Counted from the first letter of the stretch, positions 1 to 12,225 are shown. The stretch: 64,000 nucleotides of DNA from Octopus sinensis (GCF_006345805.1 NW_021836142.1:186001-250000), one strand, 5' to 3'. Made by a program: numbers and translations. The notes: generated by a model from the sequence alone, not told the origin.

Positions 1-224
1 AAAAGTTTTAATAAGATATTTGGAAATTATTTGGTTGAACTTGGAATCTGCAACTTTGAAATAATTTGATGGTATTAATCTGCTTTTCAATGCATATTAT
101 TGTATTTGGAAATTATTTGACTGTAATAATATACTTTGGAATTGAGTCACTGAAATATAAAAGGAAAATCATACAAATACATACGTGTGTATATATGTGT
201 GTTTGTATGTGTGAGTGTGTGTAA

Positions 225-918
225 TCTATTATATAAAATCCGTCCTGTCTGTCTGTGTCTTCTAGGTTCTCGGGCATCCTCCATCCAATTGCACTCAAAT
301 TTGATATGTAGATACCGACGGTATCAGGGCGTGTATATGTCTTGAAAAAATTACAAAAAATCGATTCTAGGGGAGAATGCGATCGATAAAGCCGTGGGAA
401 CGTGCATTTGCATGTGCAAGTACATCAGCTGTTGTGATTGATACAATGTGTATGCGAGAACAATGCACGTGCAGTTTGTGCAAAAAATCATCATGCTTTT
501 CGATCTAGATTTACCTCCAGCTAACCCATTTGCATGCATCGTTTTTCTCCTACTTTTCTTCCGTCAACCTGTACATAACTGCACCTTCCATTTTTTGTTG
601 TTTTTATACTGCTTAAAGGCACGTTTCTTTCCTGCCAGCTTTACTGTTTAAACCATGTTTGTGTTCTCCCAGTCAACAGCCTCATCATTACTGGTACTTT
701 AAACTCTTCGGTTGCATATTTGTGTGAATAAAATCGGTTTTCTTTAGAATAGAAAAAAAGTCTATCTATATTTCTTCCTTTGCTGGTGTCTCAAATTTAG
801 GTTAAATCAGTGTTTCTCAAAAGGGAGGCCTATGAGACGGTCGGACAAGTTGTTTTGAGTAAATTTGGTTTAAATGTTTGACAACTCAGCACCGTCCATT
901 GGACAGGGGACGTTTTGC
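225..918 (+). mobile_element. Non-autonomous Helitron/Helentron (DINE-1-like) element
   Basis: Starts TCTATTATATAAAATCC followed by (GTCT)n. Ends with the subterminal hairpin CCGTCCATTGGACAGG. An inverted, internally deleted copy lies at 28185-28565. Confidence 0.6.
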
Positions 919-943
919 TTTTATATATATATATGTATGTATG

Positions 944-974
<31 letters not shown>

Positions 975-1253
975 AAGAGAATTTATGATAAACACAAGTT
1001 TATATGATTTTTTTCCTTCATACCTAACATCATTGAAGTTCTTTGCAAATTCTGTGTAAGATGCTAAGATGTTCCAAGCAGAGATGGATGCTGATCCACA
1101 GGGGTTCACCATTGAGGGCAACACTTCATTACAATTTTTTGCATAGATCATAATTTTTCGTTTGTTTTTGTTTGTTTTTCAAATCCAGTAATACTACGAA
1201 GTACATTACTAACCACATCATTATACCAAAAGCAGACTGGACGATGATGATAC

Positions 1254-1785
1254 AGTGTGGCGCAGAGAGGATGGATGTTTTTTGAAATGGCTATTACTCA
1301 GCCCCAAAGAGAGCATCATATGTCAGACAGGGACCAATTGGTCCCCAGTGTCTTTGCACCTTGTTTTCTTTTCAGGTGAAGCCATGGCACTGTGGATGAT
1401 AGAGCATTGTGTGTTTGCCTATGTAAGTTATGGGAAGAATAACAACTCTGTCACAGCAGTTCAGTGTGATTTTCGGCACCACTTCGACATTCACACAAAT
1501 CAGGCTGTCCCCACTTGTAACACAATCTTACGTTGGGTGAATGCACTTCATACATGAGGTACACTAATGAATAGGAGATCGGTGGGGCTGCCACAAATGG
1601 TACAGACCCTAGAATGCCTTCAGAAATACATCAATGGAAACGTGATGGATATTGTTTTTCACATTTAATCTTGACAAATGTTAGTTCAATACGAAAACAT
1701 CCATGTTAATAACATTTGTTTGTAGCTAAAATTAATGATTTGGGGAATTTTTTCCAAAAACGTCCATCTTTTCTGCCCCACCCTT
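1254..1785 (+). mobile_element. Internally deleted Tc1/mariner-superfamily element
   Basis: 32-bp TIRs (1254-1285 vs 1754-1785) match at 25/32. TA lies immediately to the left. A transposase remnant lies inside. Confidence 0.85.
1384..1668 (+). pseudogene. Tc1/mariner transposase remnant (N-terminal HTH, DUF4817-like, fused to C-terminal residues)
   Basis: MALWMIEHCVFAYVSYGKNNNSVTAVQCDFRHHFDIHTNQAVPTCNTILRWV..*GTLMNRRSVGLPQMVQTLE|CLQKYINGNVMDIVFHI*. One internal stop; the catalytic domain is absent. Confidence 0.75.
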
Positions 1786-1826
1786 TTATTATATATGAAG
1801 CTCTAAACTCACCAATAGTAGTTATA

Positions 1827-1863
<37 letters not shown>

Positions 1864-1884
1864 CCCATCAATTCAAATGAAATT

Positions 1885-2105
1885 TTAGTCATGGCAGATA
1901 CTGGTGTCACACAATTGGCACCTGTGTCGGTGGCATGTAAAAGCACCTATCACACTCTTGGAGTGGTTGGCATTAAGAAGGGCATCTAGCTGTAGAAAGC
2001 ATCCTGAGTTAAAGTGGAGTCTAGTGTGCAGCCTTTCAACCAGCCCTGATCAAACCATCCAGCCCATGCCAGCATGAACAAAAGATGTTAAATGAAATGG
2101 TGATG
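1885..2105 (+). mobile_element. RTE-tail repeat (GGCGTTAGGAAGGGCATCCAGC family), diverged
   Basis: GTGGTTGGCATTAAGAAGGGCATCTAGCTG...CCCATGCCAGCATG...TGATGA tail. Confidence 0.75.
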
Positions 2106-2307
2106 ATATATATATTATAAGATTCTTTCAGTTTCTGTCCATCAAATCCATTCACATGGCTTTTGCTTAACTCTGTGCTATACCAGATGAAACCTATCTG
2201 AGGTGTTATACAGTGTGACTAAATCCAAAAGTATGTGTTTAAGCAGCAAACCTCTGAGCCCCACTTCAATGCTTGCACCTATAACGAATTCACTCAGTAC
2301 TTCAAGT

Positions 2308-2392
2308 ACTGTGCTGAAGAGCAAGAATGATAGAATGGAAATGTGATTTTAGCATTTTTCATATCTATCTAACTCCAAAACGTGTCCACAGT
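2308..2392 (+). ncRNA. Fossil type I hammerhead ribozyme (G12 mutated to A)
   Basis: Stem I ACTGTG/CACAGT, core CTGAAGA, AAAAC in place of GAAAC, GTC triplet at 2384-2386. Confidence 0.65.
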
Positions 2393-2559
2393 TAATCTAA
2401 ACCGAATTAATTCGTTATTTTTTTCTCTTTATCTACGTGGGATGTTGAGTATTGTTGTCTGGGAGATTTTCTTATGGTAGAGAAATAGCTAATTTTGGCT
2501 GCTATTTCTAAATTTTGGTATGTGGTGAAGCAAATTTTGTTCCTGAACCCTAATTATAA

Positions 2560-2835
2560 TTATAAGAATTTTTGTTTGTGTGTGTGTGTCTTGGTTGTCC
2601 ATTCCTTATGCAGAGTTTGACCTACTCCTGTACCTACACCATGGAACCATCTGATGTGGCTTTTTAAACCAGACAATGTTTTGACAAGACATCCCTGTAG
2701 ATTGTGTATCCGATTTGGACCACCAACAGCTGCAAATAAATTCTCATCTTTGTTGATCTTAAAATGTCTTTTGAGGCTTCCGTTAGATTTGCAAACCTTC
2801 TGGCATACATTGCAATGAAAGGTGTGCACAAACAT
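2560..2835 (-). mobile_element. 3' end of a LINE ORF with C2H2-like zinc fingers
   Basis: CNVCQKVCKSNGSLKRHF and KTLSGLKSHIRWFH, ending in a simple-repeat tail. No upstream ORF continuity. Confidence 0.55.
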
Positions 2836-3042
2836 ATAGGCAGAATAGTTGGTGGAGGTTCATTTGTACATACAAATACACACGCACATCCATACACACA
2901 TTCATTGATATATAAGTGTGTGAATGTTCACAAAGAATGCTGATGTACGGCTGCATAGTGTGAAATTGCTGTTTTTAGCTCAGATCTAAAGGTGATATCC
3001 TTTGTGACTGGGCAGTGTTTTGTGATACATTAAGTAGTTTCT

Positions 3043-3373
3043 TATTTCTTTATTGCCCACAAGGGGCCAAACATAGAGGGGACAAACAAGGACAGACAAA
3101 GGGATTAAGTCGATTACATGACCCCAGTGCGTAACTGGTATTTAATTTATCGACCCTGAAAGGATGATAGGCAAAGTCGACCTTGGCGGAATTTGAGCTC
3201 AGAACGTAACGGCAAACGAAATACCTATTTCTTTACTACCTACAAGGGGCTAAGCACAGAGAGGACAAACAAGGACAGACAGATGGGTTAAGTCGATTAT
3301 ATCAACCCCAGTGTGACGACATACCGCTAAGCATTTCGCCCAGCATGATAATGATTCTGCCAGTTCACTGCCT
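3043..3373 (-). mobile_element. tRNA-headed Nin/Deu-domain SINE (octopus OK-like)
   Basis: 13-bp TSD TTAAGTAGTTTCT at 3030-3042 and 3374-3386. Carries the CCTTTCATCCTTTCGGGGTCGATAAAT-type domain on the - strand and a duplicated tail. Confidence 0.85.
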
Positions 3374-3913
3374 TTAAGTAGTTTCTATCAGCAACATGTT
3401 TGCTATCAAATCCCCTGGAATGAAAAAATACTTCACTTGAAAAACAACTATGGTTTGGTGATTATCATCTTCAATTGCAGTTCTTACCATGACATATCTG
3501 GGTCTCAGATAAAAAGTTGGTTAAATGCTTTTAATAAATATAACCATGTCCATGCTTCACAGTTCTCTTAGCTTTCAGGCAAGTAGTAAAAAAAAAATGG
3601 GCCTTTGAATCCAAAGCTGTTACAGTGTTTGGTCCTTATTCTAGATGAAAACGATTGGACCTTGAGTATGTTGTAGTGGCATATGATTCAAGGGTTGATA
3701 AGGTTTTGAAGCTAAAGATTTGATGCTAGAATTAACTGCATCCTCCATTCCTGTAGTGCTACTTACATTACATGTTTTAACTCCAGGGAGTAGTGACTTT
3801 TTCCCTTTAGCCCTACTAGCAGCTCATCTCTTGAAAGGAAACAATCTTCTTGATGTAACGACCTAGGGTTACCTTAAATTTAACAGTTAGTTTAACACTA
3901 TATAATGACCATG

Positions 3914-4225
3914 TGGAGGCACAATGCCCCAGTGGTTAGGGCAACGGGCTCGTGGTCAGAGGATCATGGTTTCAATTCCCAGACCAGGTGTTGTGTGTGT
4001 TTATTGAGTGAAAACACCTAAAGCTCCATGAGGCTCCGGCAGGGGGTGGTGGCGACCCCTGCTGTGCTCTTCCACTCCAACTTTCTCACACACTTTCTTC
4101 CTGTTTCTTGAGTAACGCTGCAATGGACTGACGTCCCGTCCAGCTGAGGGGAACACATATGCCACAGAAACCGGGAAACGGGCCCATGAGCCTGGCTAGG
4201 CTTGAAAAGGGCGCAAAGAAAGAAA
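3914..4225 (+). mobile_element. tRNA-headed SINE (family shared with 32950-33330)
   Basis: A-box/B-box-like head GGAGGCACAATGCCCCAGTGGTTAGG...GGTTTCAATTCCC. The body matches the inverted copy at about 33.2 kb. Confidence 0.75.
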
Positions 4226-4862
4226 GATATAATGACCATATATGCATGATGTGTTGCATAAGCATGTCAAATTTTAATGCTTGATATAGTATACTAGGTT
4301 AGATTGTGATAATTCACTTGTAAAATTCAGATCTATCTGTAATGTTGCTTATATTGTGAAATAGGTTATAAATGATGAATAGAGTAAAATATATTTGAAA
4401 TAGCAGCAGAAAGCAATAGTGATTTTTCAAAATATTCATTCATACACCTGTTTCCAAAATTTGCTATGTAACAATATAACAATTACAATTATATAGTTAT
4501 AATTATATAATTATAATAGTATAGAAGAGTAACATCATAAGGAATTTTTTCAAATATGAATTACAAAATATAAAGTGGCTCTTATGTACGTTGAGTATCC
4601 AGAGGGAAAATAAGAGAAAAGGGAAAGAAAGAATATAGAGATAAAGAGTGTAAATAAAGGAAGAACTATAAAGTAATACGGTAAAGAATATAGCTAGTAA
4701 AATTGGTTCTTGGAAGATTAAGGACTACAAAATGACTGTAAGCTATGAAGATACCATCATAGTCTATTATTCAACTACAGTGATATTAGTAGGTTAATAG
4801 TACAACTATAAAAAAAGAGATGAGAGACAAAATTATGAGACATCAAAGAACTTTAATAGATA

Positions 4863-5220
4863 TCTCTCTATATATAAAATTATTTGTCTGCTTGTCTGTC
4901 TGTCTGTCTGTCTGTTCTCTGTGCATTCTCAAATGGCTCCAGCAAATCAAATCAAATTTTACAAGATAATACACCCCACAAGCATCAACATGTAATTTTT
5001 ACTTTCATTTGGACTATTTCAATATAGCACTTTCTCAAAAATAATCTTCTCTAGTAAATGACATTTTATACCACGACAACTACAATGATGTTGTCATATT
5101 TTGTATATGAGTGTGTATGTTTCTGTGAGTGTGTGTGTGTATGCTGCGTATGACATAGTAAAGGACATTTTATACCACAATGACGACAATGACACATTTT
5201 CTATATAATAACATATGATA
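4863..5220 (+). mobile_element. Helitron/DINE-1-like 5' end
   Basis: TCTCTCTATATATAAAA followed by (GTCT)n. Internal direct repeat GACATTTTATACCAC occurs twice. Confidence 0.5.
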
Positions 5221-5224
5221 ACAA

Positions 5225-5355
5225 AGGAGATCTACTGCGAGCAGCTTGAGCTATTTAAGTCAGCACTAGAAGAAAAACGACCATCTTTGGTTTCAAGATG
5301 AAAATTTTTCTTTCATCAGGATAATGCTCAGCCACATGTAGCGAGGACATACTTA
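5225..5355 (+). pseudogene. Mariner transposase catalytic-domain fragment
   Basis: YCEQLELFKSALEEKRPSLVSR*KFFFHQDNAQPHVART contains the mariner HQDNARPH motif. Confidence 0.8.
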
Positions 5356-6069
5356 GCAATGAAAGATATTAACTTGTGCTAATTGTAATTTCTCGTGTGT
5401 GTGTGTGTGAAATATAAAAATGATGAATGTTTTCTTACATGTATGTAATTGTGGTGATATGTGTTCTTATAGTCTTCACCAAATATTCATCTGTATTTCT
5501 AGTTCTTTGTTGTTCCATAATCTTATCATTAATTTCTTGCTTTGGGATTGTTCTTAATTTAGCATTTATGATTATTAACCTCATTAGCATTGCTGTATTC
5601 TGAATAATAAACCAATGTTATCTAGTTGGCTGGCCATCATTCTATACTCCTTCTTCCAACAACAAACTTCTGCAATTAAATACTTACTCTTAATTTTACT
5701 ACTTTATTTTTCCTTTATAATTTCCACATTTTTCTTCAGTTTCTTTTTCTCTTTTCTTTTTTACATTTTCCTCTGTATTTTTAGTCAATATAAGTGATAA
5801 TTCAAATTATGTAATTCATATTTGAAATTTCACTGATGTGGTTCTTGCATATTATAATTGTTATTGTAACATTTGACATTAAGTTACGGAAACATGTATA
5901 GGGCTATAATTTGAATTATCACTGTTATAATTTTCGTTGTTCTTTCATATATGCATATATGTATATGTGCATCTGTGTAAAATGCTTTGGTTTGCTTGAA
6001 GCATTGTGAATTTTGAAAATAGATCATTTTTAAGAATGCTGAAATTCAAAGAGAGCTTTAGACCACCAC

Positions 6070-6340
6070 CACCATCATCATCATTTAACGTCCGTTGTCC
6101 ATTCTGGCATGGATTGGACAGTTTGATTGGGACTGTTAAGCTGAAAGGCTGCACCAGACTCCTGTCTGGTTTGGCATGGTTTCTATAGCTAGATGACCTT
6201 CCTAACGCTAACCACTTTGAGAGTGTAATGAGTGCCATTTGCAGGACATTAGTGTCTGCCATGACTGAAATTTTGCTCAGCTTGATACCATCATAGTCTT
6301 CTCAAACATGACATAATGCCAAAGGTCTTGGTCATTGCCT
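6070..6340 (-). mobile_element. RTE-tail repeat
   Basis: (CAT)n-TTTAACGTCC start and the GATGACCTTCCTAACGCTAACC motif. Confidence 0.75.
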
Positions 6341-6627
6341 CTATGAGGCCCACTTGAAAGGCACTCAGCCACCTTGCCTCTGTGAGGTCCAACACTCAAA
6401 AGGAACAGTAACAATCCCTTCTACTTTAATTCAATACGGCCTCAACATGTGTACAGGAGAAAGTTATTTACTTTACTAGATAGTAGTATTTGTGGGGTGA
6501 GTAGAGAGTTTAGCTGGCAGAACTGTTAACATGCTTGGCAAAATGCTTAGCAGCTTTTCATCTGTCTTTATGTTCTGAGTTAAAACTTCATGAAGGTCAG
6601 CTTACTATTTCATTCTTTCATCATTAT

Positions 6628-6955
6628 CATCATCATTGTTTAACGTCCGTTCTCCATGCTAGCATGGGTTGGATGGTTTGACTGGGGATCTGGGAAGCCA
6701 GAAGGCTGCACCAGGCTCCGGTCTGATCTGGCAGTGTTTCTACAGCTGGATGCTCTTCCTAATGCCAACCACTCCGTGAGTGTAGTGGGTGCTTTTTACG
6801 TGCCTCCTGCACAGGTGCCAGGCGAGGCTGGCAATGGCCACGATCGGACTGATGCATTTTACGTGCCACCGGCACGGAAGCCAGTAAAGGCGGCACTGGC
6901 AATCGGCCACGATTCGGATGGTGCTTTTTACGTGCCACTGGCATGGAAGCCAGTC
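6628..6955 (-). mobile_element. RTE-tail repeat with internal tandem units
   Basis: Consensus-like copy with repeated GCTTTTTACGTGCCAC units. Confidence 0.85.
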
Positions 6956-7582
6956 AAGTCAGGATCGATAAAATAAGTACCAGTTAAGCAGCGGGGTTGA
7001 TGTAATCAACTTACCGTACAATGAAATTACTAGCCTTGTGCCGAAATGGGAAACCAATATTCATGGAGAGAGTGGAATTAGAATATTGCGAGCAGAGAAA
7101 TTAATCAATAAATTAATTGAAGTATTCAAAGTATGCAATAGAATAATCAAGTTTAATTAGTCATAGACAAAACAACCATAATGAAAAAAAACAAAAAAGT
7201 TAAAGCTATGTGTATGATTAACCTTTCTGGAAACTTTTACTTGTTTCTTTTGGTAATTCGGAAAACCATATTAGATTTTCCCATTCCTCATTTTTGCTGT
7301 TTGATTTATGGTCCTATCACTCACTTTTATCTTATTTAGTGATTTTAATTATACAGCAGTCAACGTTGCAATGAATTCATTCTTTTATCATTTTATTTGG
7401 AATCGTATTTTGATATATTTTCAAATATGTCTTTGGATTTCTATTTTAGACATCAAGAATTCCGTTTGTTTAAGCATGGCTGTGTGGTGAAGTTTGTTTT
7501 CCAACCATGCAATGTCAGGTTCAGTCTCATTGTACAATATGGATCTTTTAAATAGCTCTGGGCTAAGCAATACATCCTCCTC

Positions 7583-8035
7583 CTCCTCATCATCATCGTT
7601 TAACGTCTGCTTTCCATGCTAGCATGGGGTGGACGATTGGACTGAGATCTGGTAAAAAAGATGGCTGCACCAGACTCCAATCTGATCTGGCAGAGTTTCT
7701 ACAGCTGGATGCCCTTCCTAACGCCAACCACTCTGAGACTGTAGTTGGTGCTTTTATGTGCCACCGGCACGAGGGCCAGTCAGGCAGTACTGGCAACAGC
7801 CACGCTAAAATGGTGCTTTTTGTGTGTCACTTGCACAGGAGCCAGTCCAGCGGCACTGACAACGACCTCGCTCAAATGTTTTTTAATGTGCCACCAGCAC
7901 AAGGGCCAGTAAGGCGACGCAGGTAACGATCACACTCGAATAGTATTTTTAACGTGCCATCAGCACGGAGGCCAGCTTGTTGCTCTGGCCACGATCTCAC
8001 TCGTATGGTACTCTAGTGCTCCACAAGCACTTATG
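7583..8035 (-). mobile_element. RTE-tail repeat with internal tandem units
   Basis: (CAT)n-CGTTTAACGTCTGCTTTCCATGCTAGC start with several GTGCCACC...CACG units. Confidence 0.85.
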
Positions 8036-9020
8036 AATAAATTTGGTGGACAGAAACTGCTTGGAACCTTTTGTGGTATGTAGGTAGATATGTATGTATG
8101 TTTGTTCGTGAGTGTTTGAGTCTTTGTGTAGGTTTCACAGCACTTGCCATCTGGTGTTGGTTTGTTAACATCCACTGTAATTAAGCTGTTTGGCAAAAAG
8201 AGATAGATAGAATAAGTATGAGGCTTGCAAAAAATACTAATGTCAGTTTGATTGACTAAACTTTTTAAAGCAGCATTCTAGTTTGGCCACATCTAGAGTA
8301 AAAGAATAATTTTTGTCCTCTTCCCTTTTACTAACAACATATATGATGCTTCTTCTTGAGAAAAAATATTTCTTGCAATTTACACAAGATGTAGATTTAT
8401 GTACAAATGAGGAAATACAATTGTATCACATCTATGTCTCTTTGTGGTATTAATGAACTGTATTTCAAATTTATTTAGTTTTAACTCTAATTAAATCCTG
8501 TAGCATTATATTATATAAATATAGATAAAATCAATACTAATAAATAAATTATGTAATTATCATAACTTTCATATAAAACTGTGAGCAATAATACTCTAAA
8601 GAGGAAGACAAGTATGATTAAATTTCTAGATGTACAATAATAGAAATTTTGAAAAGAAACAAATTTCCTCACCCTCACTTCAATTAATCATTCATAAAAA
8701 TTCAAAAATGAAATCTCAAGTAACAAATATTCTTTCAAATTTCTTTTTGAATTGATTCCACAATGATTCAAGAGGGTAGTGAGGCATCTCCTTAGAGTTG
8801 TATGTTCTATGTCTTTTTCTGTTGCCAGGGTTTCCTTTTTGATTTTTTTATTGGGTTATTCAGTCTGAACGGCATTTCTGGTGGGGTGGATCAATGAACT
8901 AGTGGATGCTGTTCTGTTTCAAGTGTAGGCTGGACCTGTCCAGAGTGTGGGAAAGGAATACAACCAGAAAGCCTCAAGGGAAACTCTGGTCACATTTCAT
9001 AAACCTTTTACAAGCTACTT

Positions 9021-9222
9021 ACTCTTTACTCTTTTACTTGTTTTAGCCATTTGACTGCGGCCATGCTGGAGCACCACCTTTAGTCGAGCAACTTGACCCC
9101 GGGACTTATTTTTGTAAGCCCAGTACTTATTCTATCGGTCTCTTTTGCCGAACCGCATCTCTTTTGCCGACAGCATCAGTTGTCAAGCAATGCTAGGGGG
9201 ACAAACACAGACACACAAACAC

Positions 9223-9253
<31 letters not shown>

Positions 9254-9259
9254 ATATAT

Positions 9260-9301
<42 letters not shown>

Positions 9302-9470
9302 TATATACCACAGGCTTCTTTCAGTTTCTGTCTACCAAATCCACTCACAAGGCATTGGTCGGCCCGGGGCTATAGCAGAAGACAGTTGCCCAAGATGCCA
9401 TGCAGTGGGACTGAACCCGGAACCATGTGGTTGGTTAGCAAGTTACTTACCACACAGCCACTCCTGCGCC
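9021..9470 (-). mobile_element. Full-length CORE-type SINE (octopus OR-like) with internal (CA)/(TA) microsatellite
   Basis: tRNA-like head at the right, CORE-like CCTTGGGCAAGTGTCTT on the - strand, (GAGTAAAA)n tail. Confidence 0.9.
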
Positions 9471-9661
9471 TACTTGTACAATTGGTAACTATTAGATAGC
9501 AGACTGTTACAGTATACATTCCTGATACAAGAGTTTAAGAACTAGAATGTAGGGATCAGATAGCATATCACATTATTCTTGTATGTATAAATCATCATTG
9601 TTTTCATCGCCACAACTGCCATCAGCATTGCCACCATCACTGCTGTCTTCGTCACTATTAT

Positions 9662-9900
9662 AATCGTTTAACGTCCGCTTTCCATGCTAACATGGGTTGA
9701 ACGATTTGAATGAGGGCTGGCAAGCCTGATGGATGCATCAGGCTCCAATCTTGATCTGGCAGAGTTTCTACAGCTGGATGCCCTTCCTAACGCCAACCAC
9801 TCCGAGAGTGTAGTGGGTGCTTTAACGTGCCACTGGTATGAGGGCAAGTCTGGCGGTACTAGCAACGGCCATGCTCGAAAATGGTGTGTTTTACGTGCCA
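9662..9900 (-). mobile_element. RTE-tail repeat
   Basis: CGTTTAACGTCCGCTTTCCATGC...GGATGCCCTTCCTAACGCCAACC. Confidence 0.85.
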
Positions 9901-9980
9901 CCAGCATTTACCATCTTTATTCCATGCCAGCATGGGTTGGAAAGCTGTGTTTTTCTCCAGATCTGTTTTGGCAAGGTTTC

Positions 9981-10391
9981 TTATTTCTTTATTGCCCACA
10001 AGGGGCTAAACATATAGGGGGACAAACAAGGACAGACAAAGGGATTGTCAATTACATCGACCCCAGTATGCAACTGGTACTTAATTTATCGATCCCGAAA
10101 GAATGAAAGGAAAAGTCGATCTTGGCGGAACTTGAACTCAGAACGTAACGGCAGACGAAATACCTATTTCTTTACTACCCACAAGGGGCTTAAACACAGA
10201 GGGGACAAACAAGGACAGACAAACAGATTAAGTCGATTATATCGACCCCAGTGCATAACTAGTACTTATTTAATCAACCCCGAAAAGATGAAAGGCAAAG
10301 TCGACCTTGGCGGAATTTGAACTCAGAACGTAACAGCAGACGAAATATGGCTACGCATTTCACCTGGCATGCTAACATTTCTGCCATCTCG
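9981..10391 (-). mobile_element. Nin/Deu-domain SINE nested in an RTE-tail repeat
   Basis: 18-bp TSD CTGTTTTGGCAAGGTTTC at 9963-9980 and 10392-10409. Confidence 0.9.
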
Positions 10392-10748
10392 CTGTTTTGG
10401 CAAGGTTTCGATAACTAGATGTCCTTCTTAATACCAAATGCTTTACAGAGTGTATTGGGTGCTATTTTCATGGGGCCAGCACTAATGGTGTCATCAAGTA
10501 GCATGCTGTTGGTATGATGGTGACATTGGTGGACCACTCTATGGTTTATAATCTCTTAAGGAAAAAATCTAATAAATGAGGATATATCGGTTAATAAATG
10601 TAATATGTATGACGAGCAATAGAGAGTTTATTGTCTTCATCTGATATCTTCCACATTTAATATGGTGACTGTAAAACTACAATTGCATCATGGAAGATAC
10701 ATTTTTAGTTACGTAAAACGCAAATTGATATTGATTTAGTAACAGTTC

Positions 10749-11148
10749 GGCGCAGGAGTGGCTGTATGGTAAGTAGCTTGCTAACCAACCACATGGTTCC
10801 ATGTTCAGTCCCACTGCGTGGCATCTTGGGCAAGTGTCTTCTGCTATAGCCCCGGGCTGACCAATGCCTTGTGAGTGGGTTTAGTAGACGGAAACTGAAA
10901 GAAGCCTGTCGTATATATATATATATGTGTGTGTCTGTGTTTGTGTATCTGTATTTGTCCCCCCAGCATTGTTTGACAACCGATGCTGGTGTGTTTATGT
11001 CCCCGTCACTTAGCGGTTCGGCAAAATAGACCGATGAATAAGTACTCGGCTTACAAAGAATAAGTCCCGGGGTCGATTTGCTCGACTAAAGGCGGTGCTC
11101 CAGCATGGCCGCAGTCAAATGACTGAAACGAGTAAAAGAGTAAAAGAG
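10749..11148 (+). mobile_element. Full-length CORE-type SINE
   Basis: GCGCAGGAGTGGCTGTATGG head, CORE-like box, internal (TA)/(TG) run, GAGTAAAAGAG tail. Confidence 0.9.
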
Positions 11149-11498
11149 TTGCTTAGCTGTAATGCCACATATTTCATGTGTGGGGATGTAGTATTTAGGA
11201 GGGTTGCATGGGGCCAAGTCTAGAGAAGCTAACATTGGAAAGAAAGACATGAACAGTTGACTTGCTGTAGATGAAATATATGGATAGCCCAGCAGGAATG
11301 GGAGAAAGAATGATAGAGATCTGATGTCAGGGCATAGCCTTGAGGTACAAAAGGTACATAAAAAGAGAATAGGAAGACGGAGAATGAGAATCATGGATGA
11401 TTGGTCTGGTAGGTGGATGAGATGTATAAAATCATATCCACATATAGTTATATATCTAAATTTATATAAATATGGATAAGATCGTTAATTTAAATTAA

Positions 11499-11719
11499 CC
11501 CGTTAGTGTTCGCATTATTCTGCCAAAATTAATCCTTTTTCATCCACATTGTTTTAAACTAATTAGGCATTATCTTGTAGCTATGAGATTTTGATGAGGT
11601 AGCTGTTAATTTTTAAAACGATATTGTAGGATTGGTGTGAGAGACCAGATCTGGTCAGTTTGACCATAAAACAGGCAGAATACTTTTGGCCGGATATGGC
11701 CAGTTTAAATGCTAAAGGG
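11499..11719 (+). mobile_element. piggyBac-type MITE
   Basis: TTAA at 11495-11498 and 11720-11723. Termini CCCGTTAGTGTT and AATGCTAAAGGG are imperfect TIRs. Confidence 0.8.
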
Positions 11720-12225
11720 TTAAATAACGATCTTATCAAGTGGTCAGTATGGAAATAAAAACCTTCAAAGGTAATAATTATTAAAATTATAACTTAGGGT
11801 ATCTAATGAGGTATCTAACGAGGCAAAGCATTTCTAAATGCAAAACCAGAAATCCGGGATCTGGAATTATCCTGTAATTTTTTAATAGTTTTATTTTGTC
11901 TTTTTGTCTTCTCTCCTTGTGCTATATGAACACTTAATGTGGGTTTAGAGTCAGATCCTGGCTGCTATTTTCAGCATGGCAGTATCTCGTAGATACCCTA
12001 AGTTATAATTTTAATAATAATTATAGTTATATATCAATAAACATTGATGTATGTATCTGTGTGTATATCTGTAAAGAGGTGGGTTGAAGAAGGACATAGA
12101 CAAGTGAAGAAAAAATAGGAGAGGCCACAGAAAGTTTCAAAGAAGGTAAACAGGGGAGTTAAGAGGGAAGTTATTAGACATCGGTTTGCGACTGTTAGAA
12201 AGGTTACAAATTCCATGACTATTCT

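Noticed and set aside
2560-2835. Host C2H2 zinc-finger gene exon
   Set aside because: No TGEKP linkers, the second finger lacks its cysteines, and it ends in a retroelement-like tail.
6785-6950. Repeat-spacer-like pattern (TTTTACGTGCCAC units), also at 7750-7960 and 60240-60360
   Set aside because: Internal tandem units of the RTE-tail repeat with related spacers. Eukaryotic context and no cas genes, so not CRISPR.
8975-8995. GGAAACTCTGGT match to a 28S motif
   Set aside because: Only about 12 nt, and the flanks do not follow 28S.
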